Assembly (NCBI GenBank): GCA_009859145.1 | Contig: VRVR01000041.1 | Coordinates: 62,001-126,000, forward strand | DNA length: 64,000 nt | Direction: 5' to 3' | Source: Andalucia godoyi And28 | Lineage: Eukaryota; Protista; Jakobida | Shown here: positions 8,703 through 19,991 of the stretch, piece by piece | How positions within the stretch are numbered: position 1 is the first letter of the stretch | Layout of the letters: each line of letters starts with the position of its first letter | Made by a program: the position numbers and the translations under genes | The notes under the pieces: model-generated | Told to the model about the DNA's origin: nothing | Databases searched by the model: none | What the model saw: the letters and a program-made list of their open reading frames with translations, nothing else

Positions 8703-10655
8703 ATGAAGACACGGAGTCGAGAGAAGAGATCAGAGAAGAGATCAGAGAATAGGAAACGTGAAGATGTGTCTGCGCCGCCACCGTCACCGCCGTTGCTGCT
8801 GTCTTTGAAACCGGGCAAGCTGGAAGACGGGCCCGAGTGGGACAATGAATTGCACATTTTGACGCTTTCGTCACCGAACGCCCAATTAGCATACTGCGGG
8901 CTTCTCAAGTTCAGATTGCTTGAAGGAAGCGTTGAAATTCAGGGAGTGACTATATCGGAGAGAAATGCATCGTTCGTGTCGTTTGTCGCTCCGCATCATG
9001 GCTGGTTTCTGCTGCGCGTTGCCATACACAAATCCAATCATGCAAAGTTGCTTCTCAGCTACCACCATACGTCTACGTGCAAGTCTCGATTTCCACGCAG
9101 GCCTCTTCCGGAATACTGCGAACTCCCCTTGCATGGTACGTTTTCTTCTGATTTTCCAAGCCTCCGACTCGTAAATCCCAAGAGCGCGGGGTGTGCAATT
9201 TCAACTCTTCGAGATGTCGACGAATGCGACGTTCGAGATCTTGTGCAAGTACGGACTCGCCTGAATTCGCTGGTGGTAAACCATGCCCCAGGACGTGTTT
9301 CACAAAAGATCGCGCCTGTGATCATGGTGATGGGACGTCGTGCGGTTGGCAAATCCACGTACACCCGGCAGCTTGTAAACTCCTTACTGATGTCACGATT
9401 GCACCAGGACCAGGAAAAGCCGGCACAAATGGCCCGCGTTGTTGTTCTCGATTGTGATCCTGGACAACCATTTGTTTCGGGACGTGTTGGATGCGTGACG
9501 CTCTCTGTGATTTCCCGGCCCATCCTGCACTCGGTCCCACTCTTGGATGCGTATTGCGCCGAGGACGTGGCGTCGGAGCATTACAGCCTTTTTTACGGAT
9601 GTTTGGCACCAGATGTCGATCCTTTGCGGTTCATGGCTCTGGTCAAGGCTCTCTTTCAAAGATATGTAGATCGCTATGCTTCAAATCCGAGTAGCAAATC
9701 CTGGACTCCGCTCGTCGTGCATCTGAGCGGGTTCCTACGAGGAATCGGTGTGGAAATGGCAGCCGAGATGTGCCAGCTCATGATGCCGGATCACATCGTC
9801 CACATTAGTCCGAGTCCCGCAGCTGACTATCCTATTCAGGTGCCGCTGCAGCCAATCGGAGTCTTTACGAGGGAAGTCGTGTGGTCGCTTGAAAGAGATG
9901 CAGCGGATGCTCAACGTGTGAGAGTGCACCATGTCGCTGCATGGAAAAGGCCTGTAGACGGCCCTGTTTCAATGGATGGCGGGTCGGCGGTCCAAGAAAA
10001 TGAAACTGGACTTGGCGATCCAGATGAAATGAACAGTCTCGTGAACTTGCCTGCGGAGGACAGCAAGAAAAAGCCCAGCACTGGCCGGATGGATGCTGGA
10101 TCACAGAGGCTGTGCATTCTTGCCTCGTACTTCCGAAGTTTGTACTTAGCCGACAGTTGCGATTCTCTTCCTGATGCCGCATCAATGGACTTGGCGGAAG
10201 TGTTCTGTCGCGCTGCCCCTTACTGTATTTCCCGGGTAGCAATTCGGAATCTGGGAAGCCATGTGCTGACCAACGGACAGATCGTCGGTCTGCTTGATCG
10301 CCATGATGCCTGTCTGGGGCTCGGTATTCTTCGTTCGATAAGCGTGACCAATGATTTGCTATTCATTCTCACTCCTCTGGACCAGGCACAGGTGTCCGAA
10401 TGCACGGCCGTTGCTGCGTCCACAGAGATGTCGATTCCCGTGCAATTTATGAGATCTCTCGATGAAGCAATCAGTGCAGCGGACTCCGTCGATCAACCGG
10501 TCTTTGAGCCTCCCTTTTCCTCCAAGTTCTGCGTTACGGGTGCTCTTTACGGGTCCACAATCATGACGGGTGGTCTGCGACCTTCTGGAGCAATTGACAG
10601 ACAATCAGGAGGCAAAGCGTCTTCTCGAAAGCGTCTTCTCCCTGACACTTCCTGA
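8703..10655 (+). CDS. NOL9: Polynucleotide 5'-hydroxyl kinase NOL9/Grc3 (Clp1 family), 650 aa
   Basis: P-loop variant GRRAVGKST, VLDCDPGQP, TPLVVHLSGFLRGIG, and C-terminal CLGLGILRSISVTNDLLFILTP. Confidence 0.85.
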   Translation: MKTRSREKRSEKRSENRKREDVSAPPPSPPLLLSLKPGKLEDGPEWDNELHILTLSSPNAQLAYCGLLKFRLLEGSVEIQGVTISERNASFVSFVAPHHGWFLLRVAIHKSNHAKLLLSYHHTSTCKSRFPRRPLPEYCELPLHGTFSSDFPSLRLVNPKSAGCAISTLRDVDECDVRDLVQVRTRLNSLVVNHAPGRVSQKIAPVIMVMGRRAVGKSTYTRQLVNSLLMSRLHQDQEKPAQMARVVVLDCDPGQPFVSGRVGCVTLSVISRPILHSVPLLDAYCAEDVASEHYSLFYGCLAPDVDPLRFMALVKALFQRYVDRYASNPSSKSWTPLVVHLSGFLRGIGVEMAAEMCQLMMPDHIVHISPSPAADYPIQVPLQPIGVFTREVVWSLERDAADAQRVRVHHVAAWKRPVDGPVSMDGGSAVQENETGLGDPDEMNSLVNLPAEDSKKKPSTGRMDAGSQRLCILASYFRSLYLADSCDSLPDAASMDLAEVFCRAAPYCISRVAIRNLGSHVLTNGQIVGLLDRHDACLGLGILRSISVTNDLLFILTPLDQAQVSECTAVAASTEMSIPVQFMRSLDEAISAADSVDQPVFEPPFSSKFCVTGALYGSTIMTGGLRPSGAIDRQSGGKASSRKRLLPDTS

Positions 10656-10798
10656 GGTGCACGATCCACCCGTAATTGTGGGCTCTGCATGATGACGTAA
10701 ATGTACATTCAGCTGGTGTTTATGATGTTTGAGGGTTCTGCATTCCAATCAAAAAATAGAAGAGAAAACACAGAAGTGCGCATGATACAATGCTAGTA

Positions 10799-11491
10799 CT
10801 AGGGACTTTCCTGTGCAAACGTGGCGATCTTGGGCTGTCGCGCTGCTTGAGGATTCCTCGCGTCTGTCGAAGACTGTTGCACCTTCTTCATAAACGTACG
10901 GACTTCGTCGAGGTTCTCGAATTCGACTCGAGTTCCCTGGCCGGCGCCTGCATTCTGCATCGCAATCGCCCGTTCCACAAGTCTGTTTAGTGTGTCCTTG
11001 AGCATTTCCTGGAAGTCTTCGGTGACTTGACCGATCCGCTTTCGGTGCTCCTCCAGCGTGCGCTCCTTTAATTCGAGCTCGTAAGCCTGGTCTCGCTTCA
11101 CCTCTTCGAGCGCTAGCCTCTGAAGCTCGATTTGATCCAGCAGTTCTGCTTTGGAATTCTCAAGACTGTTGATCTTGTCCACCAGTTGGTCTTGCCGAGC
11201 CTTGTAAAGCCGCGTGAAGTCCGTGCAAACTTCTTTCCGATCCACAAGCTGCTCCGCTAAATCCTGCTCGTGAACCAGGACTTTAGAGCGCATTTCAATC
11301 GCCTTGGCTCGTTCCACGCTCACTTCGGCAGTGCGATCATCAAGAATTCTTTCAAGACACTGTATCCGCGCTTCTAAACGCTGTAGCTTCTCATCGGAGG
11401 TGAAGTCCACTTGAAACACGGTGGGTCCAGAGATAGCTCCCTTCTTCCCCTTCTTCCCTTTTCCTCCTTTCTTTCCTTTCTTTGGTGGCAT
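10799..11491 (-). CDS. Coiled-coil flagellar protein, CCDC153/DRC12-like, 230 aa
   Basis: MPPKKGKKGGKGKK N-terminus, a coiled coil, and DFTRLYKARQDQL and FQEMLKDTLNRL segments resembling CCDC153. Confidence 0.65.
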   Translation of the reverse strand: MPPKKGKKGGKGKKGKKGAISGPTVFQVDFTSDEKLQRLEARIQCLERILDDRTAEVSVERAKAIEMRSKVLVHEQDLAEQLVDRKEVCTDFTRLYKARQDQLVDKINSLENSKAELLDQIELQRLALEEVKRDQAYELELKERTLEEHRKRIGQVTEDFQEMLKDTLNRLVERAIAMQNAGAGQGTRVEFENLDEVRTFMKKVQQSSTDARNPQAARQPKIATFAQESP

Positions 11492-11556
11492 ATTAAGTTG
11501 TGCACGGCGGTGGAGAACGTACGAGACAGAATTCCAAGAAACACACTCAATCGAAT

Positions 11557-11630
11557 TCGTTTCGTTTCGTTTCGTTTCGTTTCGTTTCGTTTCGTTTCGT
11601 TTCGTCGTGTCTCGTTTCGTTCGTTTCGTC
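11557..11630. repeat. (TTTCG)n pentanucleotide microsatellite
   Basis: About 9 perfect TTTCG units plus degenerate copies, upstream of the DRC12-like gene. Confidence 0.9.
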
Positions 11631-11974
11631 TTTCTTTCTTTCACAACGGACAAATGATTTTGCCCTCATACAAGACTGTCAATCGGCATCGCAAAAAAAA
11701 CACCCCCATGCGTATGAGCAGAAGACGTTACGTTTTGCAATCGCATTTTGTCTTGGGCAGCTATTGCGAGCAACGCTAAAAGACGAAGCGTGCAGGAAGC
11801 AGCGCGCTTTGAAAATGGATTTACAGCATACACATCAATGAGCAAGGCACCATCCTGCGTCTGCGACGTGCAGGCCTCGGGTCGTTGGCAGACTCTTCGC
11901 AGATGTGGCATTCCCGCATCGCGAGTATTGGCAACGAACTTCTCAATCGCCTACAATGATGCATCACTGGGACG

Positions 11975-14500
11975 TCACAGCAACGACAAGAGACCGGATA
12001 CTTGCGCTGACGCATCCTCCGGCACGCCAAACCCAGAATCGGCAAATCGCGAAAGAATGGAGCGGAGAGAAACGATGGATTCTCCCGGTAAATAGGAACG
12101 ATACGTGCTCGACAATACGATCCATTTCTGCAATGATGTACTGGTGATTGAAGAGAATATGCTGGAAACAAACGAGGGCGAGGCAACAACGAGGGACTGG
12201 AAAGATGGGCTTCCGCGAAGGAGAAATTGCGCAAACATCTCCAAGGAAGCGGCCGACAATTTTGCGGCTGAATCAACAAACAACGAAACCAAGTTGTTGT
12301 CCAAGAAGAACGGGCTTACTGCAGAAAACAACAAGCAAGTTCGCTCTGCTCCAGAACCAAGCGCAGATTGCTCCAAGATCGTCCGCAGCACTTCTGAATC
12401 GGAAGCCATAACACTGAACAAGCATCGACATATGTTGAAAAACTCCACTCCAGTAAAAGGCACATTTCGAAGAACGGAAACAATGAAGGAAAGAATATTG
12501 CTGGCATGGTCATCCGAAGAGCTGACCTGCATCGACAGACCGCACATCTCAAATAAATGTTCAAGAGCAGATGGCGACACAGGATGGCCATTCACAACGC
12601 TAGTAAAACTCTTCGCGACTGCTGTCATGAGTTCTTCATTCTTGAAAACATCGAGAAAGAACAGAACATCCACAAACAAACACTGCAGGGTTGCGTGTAA
12701 AGAAAGAAACGGTCCATAGATGTCCTTTCCTGTTTTGCGAGATTTGCAGTAAAAGAACGGCCCGAGTTTGGACAAAAACATTTGCGATTCCTGGACCGTC
12801 AACCGATGCGACCGCACCGTATCCAAAACGATGCGACCGATGAGAAGCGTAAAATCTGCGTCTGCAGCTCCCACGACGAACAGAAGCTTTGGCAGGTTCA
12901 CGATCCAAGTGCTCGGAAGCAGGCTGGAGTGCTGGGGGAAATCCGTGGCAATGGTATGCATGAACTGCAGCAGCTTCTTCTTGTGAACTGAGAGATGATG
13001 AACCTGCTGAAATCGCGACAAAACGGCATTGATCAAATCGACGGCTTGTTCGGATTTCAGGGAAGGTAAACAGAGAAACGAAAAGGCCATTTCCAAAACT
13101 TCCCCTAGCATCCACGACTGGTGAGATGCCATATTGTCGAATCCCGAAGCAAAGTACGCGAGAATGAACTGCAAGACGCGGTCATCCGAAGGAGACAGCA
13201 ACAGCAGAACTTTTGCGCAGACGATATTCCATTCAACATTCTGAGGATCAGAAGGAAAGTCGCAAAGAACATGTTTCATAATCTGTACAGGAAACTCCTT
13301 TCCGACTTCGTGGATGTGATTTTCCAGAATGTATAAAGCAACAACGACAATATCAATCTTGGAATCGCGTGACTCGGATTCCAAGAACATGCTGACGATA
13401 TACTTTGATATTGTCACCCATGGAACATGGTGTGTTGGGGATCTGCGAACAGCTTCATGGGATTTTGACGAACGTGTCGCGGCGTCTTCGGAGCTATCTC
13501 CAAACAAAGCATGCGACCGGCGTTTCAGGAACTCCCACGCGGTGGAAGGAGCAGAAGGCGAAATGGACGGGTGATCGAGATACAACGTGACAGCCGAAAC
13601 CTTGGAATTTTTGGAGACATGCAGCGCTGTTCCAGAGGATGCGGTCAAGCCTGTGCTTTGGATGAGAACATTCCACGGACTCGTGTGGTGTTCATCTTTT
13701 GCAGAAGTCACACCGGACATCAGCGCCTTGATGTCCACGAACCACCGCAGGATGGAAACAAAACACAGCATAAGCGATCTCTTTGTGGTTTTGCTCAACG
13801 TGAATAGTGTCTGTGCAATAGACGGCACAAGGACCTTCATGCAACTTTCCTCGAAATCAATACTTGAAGCCAAAGCATGAACCTGAGCACTGACATCCTT
13901 CTTCATTCCACTGCTCTGGGTCTTCGGTGCGTGGGCATCCTCTGTCACAGCAAGTTTGAACATCTTGCAGAAGTCGAGGAGGCAGCGAGAAGCATCGTTC
14001 TGAATTACGAACCCTTGACTTGTCACGCCGGAGTTCAGATACAGTATCCACAAAGAAAACAGCGATTGAGACGAAACGAACAGTGGGAAAAGATCTTTGG
14101 AGGCTGAGACCACAGCCGATCTTACGCTCATCTCGTCGTCTGAGAGTCGCCGGCCCAGAACATCGACAGCAGGCCGCAACAATCCCACATGAGACGGGTG
14201 CTCCAGATTTCCCTCCGGTTGCAGCAGCTCGCGGATGCCCAGAATTCCGTCTTTCCTAAAGTCCTTGTTAAAGTGAGATGCAGCATTCGTGATGCATTGT
14301 GACAGGCTCCATTGTCGATGGGTCACAGGGATGCTCGTCGACTGTGACTTGAGAATTGACTGCGTGATAATCGTTAGTTTCCGTGTCTTGATCGACAGCG
14401 GGTTTGCAGGCTGTGGCCGTTTTCCAAGTTTCACCTTGACCTTTTGAAAATCGGAAGAGCCCTTCTTCTTGGCTGACGACAGCCACGTTGATTTTCCCAT
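11975..14500 (-). CDS. TEX10: TEX10/Ipi1 pre-rRNA processing (Rix1 complex) protein, 841 aa
   Basis: N-terminal DFQKVKVKLGK..P, then HFNKDFRKDGILGIREL and DDEMSVRSA (Ipi1_N-like), followed by HEAT-like helical repeats. Start at ATG 14500. Confidence 0.82.
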   Translation of the reverse strand: MGKSTWLSSAKKKGSSDFQKVKVKLGKRPQPANPLSIKTRKLTIITQSILKSQSTSIPVTHRQWSLSQCITNAASHFNKDFRKDGILGIRELLQPEGNLEHPSHVGLLRPAVDVLGRRLSDDEMSVRSAVVSASKDLFPLFVSSQSLFSLWILYLNSGVTSQGFVIQNDASRCLLDFCKMFKLAVTEDAHAPKTQSSGMKKDVSAQVHALASSIDFEESCMKVLVPSIAQTLFTLSKTTKRSLMLCFVSILRWFVDIKALMSGVTSAKDEHHTSPWNVLIQSTGLTASSGTALHVSKNSKVSAVTLYLDHPSISPSAPSTAWEFLKRRSHALFGDSSEDAATRSSKSHEAVRRSPTHHVPWVTISKYIVSMFLESESRDSKIDIVVVALYILENHIHEVGKEFPVQIMKHVLCDFPSDPQNVEWNIVCAKVLLLLSPSDDRVLQFILAYFASGFDNMASHQSWMLGEVLEMAFSFLCLPSLKSEQAVDLINAVLSRFQQVHHLSVHKKKLLQFMHTIATDFPQHSSLLPSTWIVNLPKLLFVVGAADADFTLLIGRIVLDTVRSHRLTVQESQMFLSKLGPFFYCKSRKTGKDIYGPFLSLHATLQCLFVDVLFFLDVFKNEELMTAVAKSFTSVVNGHPVSPSALEHLFEMCGLSMQVSSSDDHASNILSFIVSVLRNVPFTGVEFFNICRCLFSVMASDSEVLRTILEQSALGSGAERTCLLFSAVSPFFLDNNLVSLFVDSAAKLSAASLEMFAQFLLRGSPSFQSLVVASPSFVSSIFSSITSTSLQKWIVLSSTYRSYLPGESIVSLRSILSRFADSGFGVPEDASAQVSGLLSLL

Positions 14501-15503
14501 CTTTTCACGCCCTCGAAAGAACGCAGAGTAGCAAGAAGAATCTGGCACCGACAAAGCAGGCGAAACGTCCTGAATATGCTGTGGTATTCGGTGAAGCGTT
14601 TGAAGCGAATGTATCTACAGTGGATTTTCCACCGAGAGAGATCCACGCGTGTTTGTTGTTGTTGTTGTTGCTGTTGTTGTTGTTGTTTTTAATGTGTTTA
14701 AATTAATCATAAAGAATGGGAACATGAAGTGTATCTTTCATGTTCGAGAGATAAATTGACCTAATGACATGCACTCGCGTACAGTGTCAGTTGAAAGAAA
14801 AAATAGAAGGGAAACAAAAGAAAAACAGAAGGGAAGCAGAAGAGGGATCGAACGGGTGAACAGATTGAAAAAGGAGCCACAAAGTGGGGTTGGTGGCAAT
14901 GTGGCATCAATTGATGCCGTCCGCTGCATCAAGTCGACTAGTGCCCTTTTTTTTTAACGCGAAAAAGGGGGAGCTTTCACTTTGTGTTTTTGTGTCGGTT
15001 TCCGTTTTCCTTCTCGTTCTCGTTCTTCTCTCGTTCTTCTTTCTTTCTTCTTTCTTTCTTTTCCTTGCCCCGAGTATCGTTCCACGTTGCGCCTTCTATG
15101 TAGGTCAAGGTGGTGGTAATTTTTTCTACCGGGCAGAAGCTGGGCTTTGTGCGACTCTGTGCATCATTTCTATGGATACGCAGTTACAAACTACTGAGCG
15201 AAATTTCTACGCTAATGCAATCTGCACTTATTTCACGTTAAAGAAATTCAGAAACTTCAAAACAAGGAAACACAAGAACGATCATGAGCATGAGCACGAG
15301 GTTGAACATGAAACACGGACGCAACATGCTGTTAGCGGTCTCCAACAAGACAAGACACCGCAGTGTCCGGAAATACGAACAAGAATGGATCTGTCGCGAA
15401 CAGATGCTCAAAAATACTATTTACGCTCACGCTCACATTGTAAAAAGACATTCCGATCGCAGTCTTTGCAACAAACGGAAAAAGGGGGGAAACGCACACT
15501 AAC

Positions 15504-17875
15504 TTAAAAACGCTCTGGAAATTTGGCATACCAAGGCGGCTGAGATCCGTCTGCTTCCTTTGCTCCCTTGGTAACTTCGATCCTCAGTTCTTTCAACGCC
15601 GCCGCAACCTTTGCCTTCCCTTCAGCATCATTCTTGTCCTTCAAAAAGTTCTTCATCACCAACCCGTACCGAACTTGCCCATTTTCCGCATGCTTGCCCA
15701 TGAACTCAAGCACTGTTCGCGCAAAAGGAGAAAGTGACGTAGAACTCAACATCGTCTCGACGTAACCTTGCTTTGGAGGCGACTCCGCCGACTGGCGGCT
15801 CTTCTTTGCTGGCCTGTCCGAGTCTTGGCCGTCCTCCTCGGGTTGCGGACGCTTTCGAGTTGTATCCTGCGACAAGTATTCCTCAATGGAAAGGTGGCTT
15901 GCCTCTCCGCTCGGTTTCGATGTGACATCGGAAGGCGATTTCTTCTCTTCCTCCTCGTCTTCATTTTCGTCTTCGTCTTCGGCGTTATCCACTTCTGAAG
16001 CCGCATCAGACCCCTCTCCAGAATCCTCTGCATTACTATCTTCCTCTTCGGCGGGAGATTCGTACTTTGCGTCATCCAGACCCTCTTCATCACCGGCAAA
16101 TCCTTCGAACACATCAAAATCCGCATCCGCGCCGCTTCGAGCGAATAAAGCATCGTCATTCTGCTGCTGCTTCTTCATGAATCCCGAAACTTGGCTTTCG
16201 TGTTTGGAAGATGCTTCCATAGCTGCCTGCAAGTTGGCCTGACTCTTCTTGAAAATGTGAAAATGGCCAATCCCCGGTTTGCGAGAAGAAAAGACTGTCT
16301 CAATTTCCTCCTGGTCGGTTGGGCGAGAATGGACCCGAGCAAATTGGAACCAAGAACCCGGAAAAAACACATCAACAACACTGCCCGTTTTCCTCGGACC
16401 CATCAAGACTTCTTCGCGTTCTCCCAACTCTCTTTTCCCTGCGTACCTTTTGGACTGTTGGAAACTGTCTCTACTGGAATTCTCTCTGTCCAGCGCTTCC
16501 TGAATGTACACCGATTTGAATTTCTCAGGGTTCTCACGGAAACTCTTCATTTTTTCATCTCTTTTCAGGTCAATGAATCGCACTCTTTCCATCCGCTTCT
16601 TCTGGTCTTTAGACAACTCTGGCTTCTCCGTCGCCAGCAGAGGAACCTTCAGTTTCACAAAACGCAAAAATTCGGCACCTCGAGAAAACGTCGCAAAGTC
16701 GATGGCGTCTTTGAAGTTTCCAACAATCCAGGAATCCTGATGGAAACTGTTTGGATCGCCTTCAACACGGAGTTCTTCGACTGCCTCAACGAAAACCGTC
16801 ATCAATCCAGGGTCCGCTCCCTGCAAACTCTGGGCAACTTGCGGGAAATGAAACTCAAAAGCAGATCGTAAGGACAAGTCATCATAGAGTTCTCTTTCAA
16901 GTTCCGTGTACAATACAGTACCGTAGCTACTCCGTTTCGTAAAGTAGTTTTCATCAACGGGTGGTGTATCATTCCACTTTGACGACGGGAAAACACGCAG
17001 CAACGAGGCCGCTTTTTCGAGCGCCTCTCTTAGGAGCATTTCATCTGCATGATCGGTGAACACGTCGTTCAGAACATTCAGCAGGTCCGAAAACGCCAGA
17101 ATGGGACGCTGGTGCGCAACAATCTCACAATTTTTCTGTGGAAAGTTCACTCCTCGATTGTTTTTCACCATCACAACAACTGGCAACGCGTGATGGGACG
17201 GCAACATGTGTTTGTCCGCTAAAATATGCGCTGACATGTGCAGGGAACCGTGATAAGGATTCAAGTGCATTTGTGTCACATGTCGGTCGAAATCACTCGC
17301 TGTAGGAACTCTGCCAATGCCAACAAATACTTCGCAAATGTCCTTCAGAGACTGTTCTCTTTCCTTCGGAAGAAGATAGTCCGGTGGATTGACGATCGCG
17401 AAGTCGATAGAAATGTTGTCCATGAGCCCATTTTCCAGAATGAAATAAGAGACCTCGTCAGTCAGGTCAAAACGAGTCGGCGAGCCTTCCGTCAACTTCG
17501 TGAAGTCTATTTCGAAAAGCGCTGTTAGCCATTTTTGAAGCAGAGCAAGACACGCACACACACACACACACACGAGAGAGAGAGAGAAAGAAAGGGAAAG
17601 GGAAACCCAGAGTGAAAAAAGAAGAAATGCATACTTAGATTGATTGCACCCAAAAGTTTAGATGCTGGTGCATACGAGGCAGACGGCTTTGTGTTAACCA
17701 CTACTTGCACTCCATGTTGTTCCAGAAGTGCACGTTGGACTACCTGCAATCTTTCTGGAAGATTGATCAAACGAAACAGAGCATCTTTAATAAGGCTGCA
17801 CTGCGCAAGTCCCTGCGCTTCCAAGAAAATGAGAAAGCGATCGTCAAAGAGCGACCGGCACGCAAGGATGGTCAT
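15504..17875 (-). CDS. Hypothetical protein, about 752 aa, two exons (17635-17875, 15504-17521); acidic low-complexity region near the C-terminus
   Basis: Long ORF. A phase-1 intron at 17522-17634 (GTATGC...GGCTAACAG) joins AINL-T-LFEIDF in frame. No recognisable family motif. Further upstream exons are possible. Confidence 0.7.
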
Positions 17876-17893
17876 CGTAGACGTCGAGAAAAA

Positions 17894-17948
17894 TGCAAAC
17901 GCAAACGCAAATGCAAACGCAAATGCAAATGCAAACGCAAATGCAAAT
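17894..17948. repeat. (AAAYGC)n hexanucleotide repeat
   Basis: About 9 tandem AAATGC/AAACGC units. Confidence 0.85.
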
Positions 17949-18254
17949 GAAACGAGAGAGACAGAGAGAGACAGAGAGCACATAGATACAAGAAAAAGAG
18001 AGAAGAAAGAAAAGAAAAGCAAATAGATACTCGACGGAGAAGAAACGTGGACGCTTCTGCTGCAATAAGACATCCTCAAGTGAGTCTCACCGCCATAGTA
18101 TTCCCACAGCTCTCGAATCGATGGTTGCAAAAGTCATGAAAAGGAAGGGTTAGGGAAGGGAAGGGTTCGCAGATGCACGTCTGCACCACGCAAGTCGAGA
18201 GGAAAACCAAATCGGGAGGTGCGAGCTGCTGCTTTTTTTGCTTTTGGTGAAAGA

Positions 18255-19862
18255 ATGAGCATTGTTAGCAGTACGGTAGACTTTTTGCAGCAGGAGCCGT
18301 TGTGGCGCATTGCGGAACATGCGGTAGCTGCAGCCTCCATCGTCGCTTCGGCCAAGTGGGCGATATCGAATGTGTCTGTCAAGTCCGTCTTGTCCGTCAT
18401 CCTAAACACGGTTCCGGGTGCGCGGAATGCAGTGAACAGGCAGATCGAATCTGAAGTTGAAAAGACTGTTGCAAATCTGTTTCCAGCGACCTTGGAGGAT
18501 AAGCTTCAGATCTCCGGTGTTCCTGCAACGGTAGGAATTCCTGCCGTGGGAGTGGATCCGACCGTGCTGTTGGAGCGCATGAAAGTGATTCATGAGGCGC
18601 TAGACATGCGTCCGGAAACTGGAGAATGCTTTGCGTATGTGTATGATCTTTCGGAGAAACACGATAAGCTCATGACCGACGTCTATGAGGTATTTGGTCG
18701 GCTGAATGCGCTGAATCCGTCTGCCTTCAAGTCGCTTCGCAAATTTGAGATCGAAGTTGTGCAAATGTCGCTTTCTCTTGTGAGTGCACCGACGACTGCG
18801 TGTGGAACCATGACATCTGGTGGCACGGAATCGATTTTATGTGCTTTGAAGACGTACCGAGACAGGGCCCGTGCTCTTGGCTGGCGCGGCGAACTGGAAG
18901 TTGTTGCTCCGGAGACTGTCCATCCTGCCTTCGACAAGGGCGCTCACTATTTTGGTTTGAAGGTTGTGCATGTTCCGATCGATCAAGTGACCATGCGACC
19001 AAAGCTCGCGGATTATGCAAACGCAATCAACAGACACACTATTCTTCTAGTGTGCTCCGCACCGCAGTATCCGCACGGTGTCGTTGATCCTGTGCAGGAA
19101 ATCGCAACGTTGGCGAGAAAGCACCAGTTGCCGCTGCATGTTGATGCATGCGTTGGTGGATTTGTCTTGCCGTGGGTTGAGCGATTGGGATATGATGTGC
19201 CGCTGTGGGATTTCAGAATTCCGGAGGTCACATCCATATCTGCCGATTTGCACAAGTATGGGTTTGCTCCGAAAGGTGCCTCTGTCATCTTGTACAGAGA
19301 TGACTCGATTCGAAGATTCCAGTTTTTCGTTTATTCGTCTTGGCCTGGTGGTTTGTTTGCGTCAAGCACCGTTGCTGGGACACGACCTGGAGGTCCGATC
19401 GCCTGCGCTTGGGCGACTTTGCACGAACTTGGACAGGATGGGTACATGAAGCAAATGATGTTGTTGATGGAAACTTCCAAGTATTTCCAACAGCAAATTA
19501 ACTCGATTCCACATCTTCGGGTCTTGGGTGTCCCTTCCATGACGCTTGTCTCCTTCGCGTCAGATTCAATGAATGTCCATGCAATTGCTGACGCGATGGA
19601 ATCTCATTTTGGATGGAAGCTTGAGAGACAGCAGAACCCTGCAGCAATACACATGACTGTCATGGCTCCTCACGTCCGAGAACGTGAAAGGATCATGAGT
19701 GATCTGAAGAAGGCTGTCGAAATTGTAGAGGCCAATCCCTCACTCCAAAAGGAAGGAAGTGCGGCGATGTACGGCATGGTGGCAACAATACCAGCTGCTG
19801 ACATTGTTGATTCTTTCCTGGCCTCCTTTTTGTCCCATGTGTACGGCGTTCGGAAATCCTGA
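18255..19862 (+). CDS. SGPL1: Sphingosine-1-phosphate lyase (PLP-dependent, group II decarboxylase fold), 535 aa
   Basis: GTMTSGGTESI, HPAFDKGAHYFG, SAPQYPHGVVDP, LHVDACVGGF, SISADLHKYGFAPKG (PLP lysine) and GTRPGGPIA. Confidence 0.95.
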   Translation: MSIVSSTVDFLQQEPLWRIAEHAVAAASIVASAKWAISNVSVKSVLSVILNTVPGARNAVNRQIESEVEKTVANLFPATLEDKLQISGVPATVGIPAVGVDPTVLLERMKVIHEALDMRPETGECFAYVYDLSEKHDKLMTDVYEVFGRLNALNPSAFKSLRKFEIEVVQMSLSLVSAPTTACGTMTSGGTESILCALKTYRDRARALGWRGELEVVAPETVHPAFDKGAHYFGLKVVHVPIDQVTMRPKLADYANAINRHTILLVCSAPQYPHGVVDPVQEIATLARKHQLPLHVDACVGGFVLPWVERLGYDVPLWDFRIPEVTSISADLHKYGFAPKGASVILYRDDSIRRFQFFVYSSWPGGLFASSTVAGTRPGGPIACAWATLHELGQDGYMKQMMLLMETSKYFQQQINSIPHLRVLGVPSMTLVSFASDSMNVHAIADAMESHFGWKLERQQNPAAIHMTVMAPHVRERERIMSDLKKAVEIVEANPSLQKEGSAAMYGMVATIPAADIVDSFLASFLSHVYGVRKS

Positions 19863-19991
19863 GGAAGGTCTGTGACTTCCATGTCCGTACCCAGTGCTGA
19901 TTCAACGATGAAATAAATGTTTCTGTGAGTGAGCGATCGAGTGAGCGAAAAAAAAGAAAGAAAAGAAAGAAAAAAGGAGCGAGTCAGTGAA

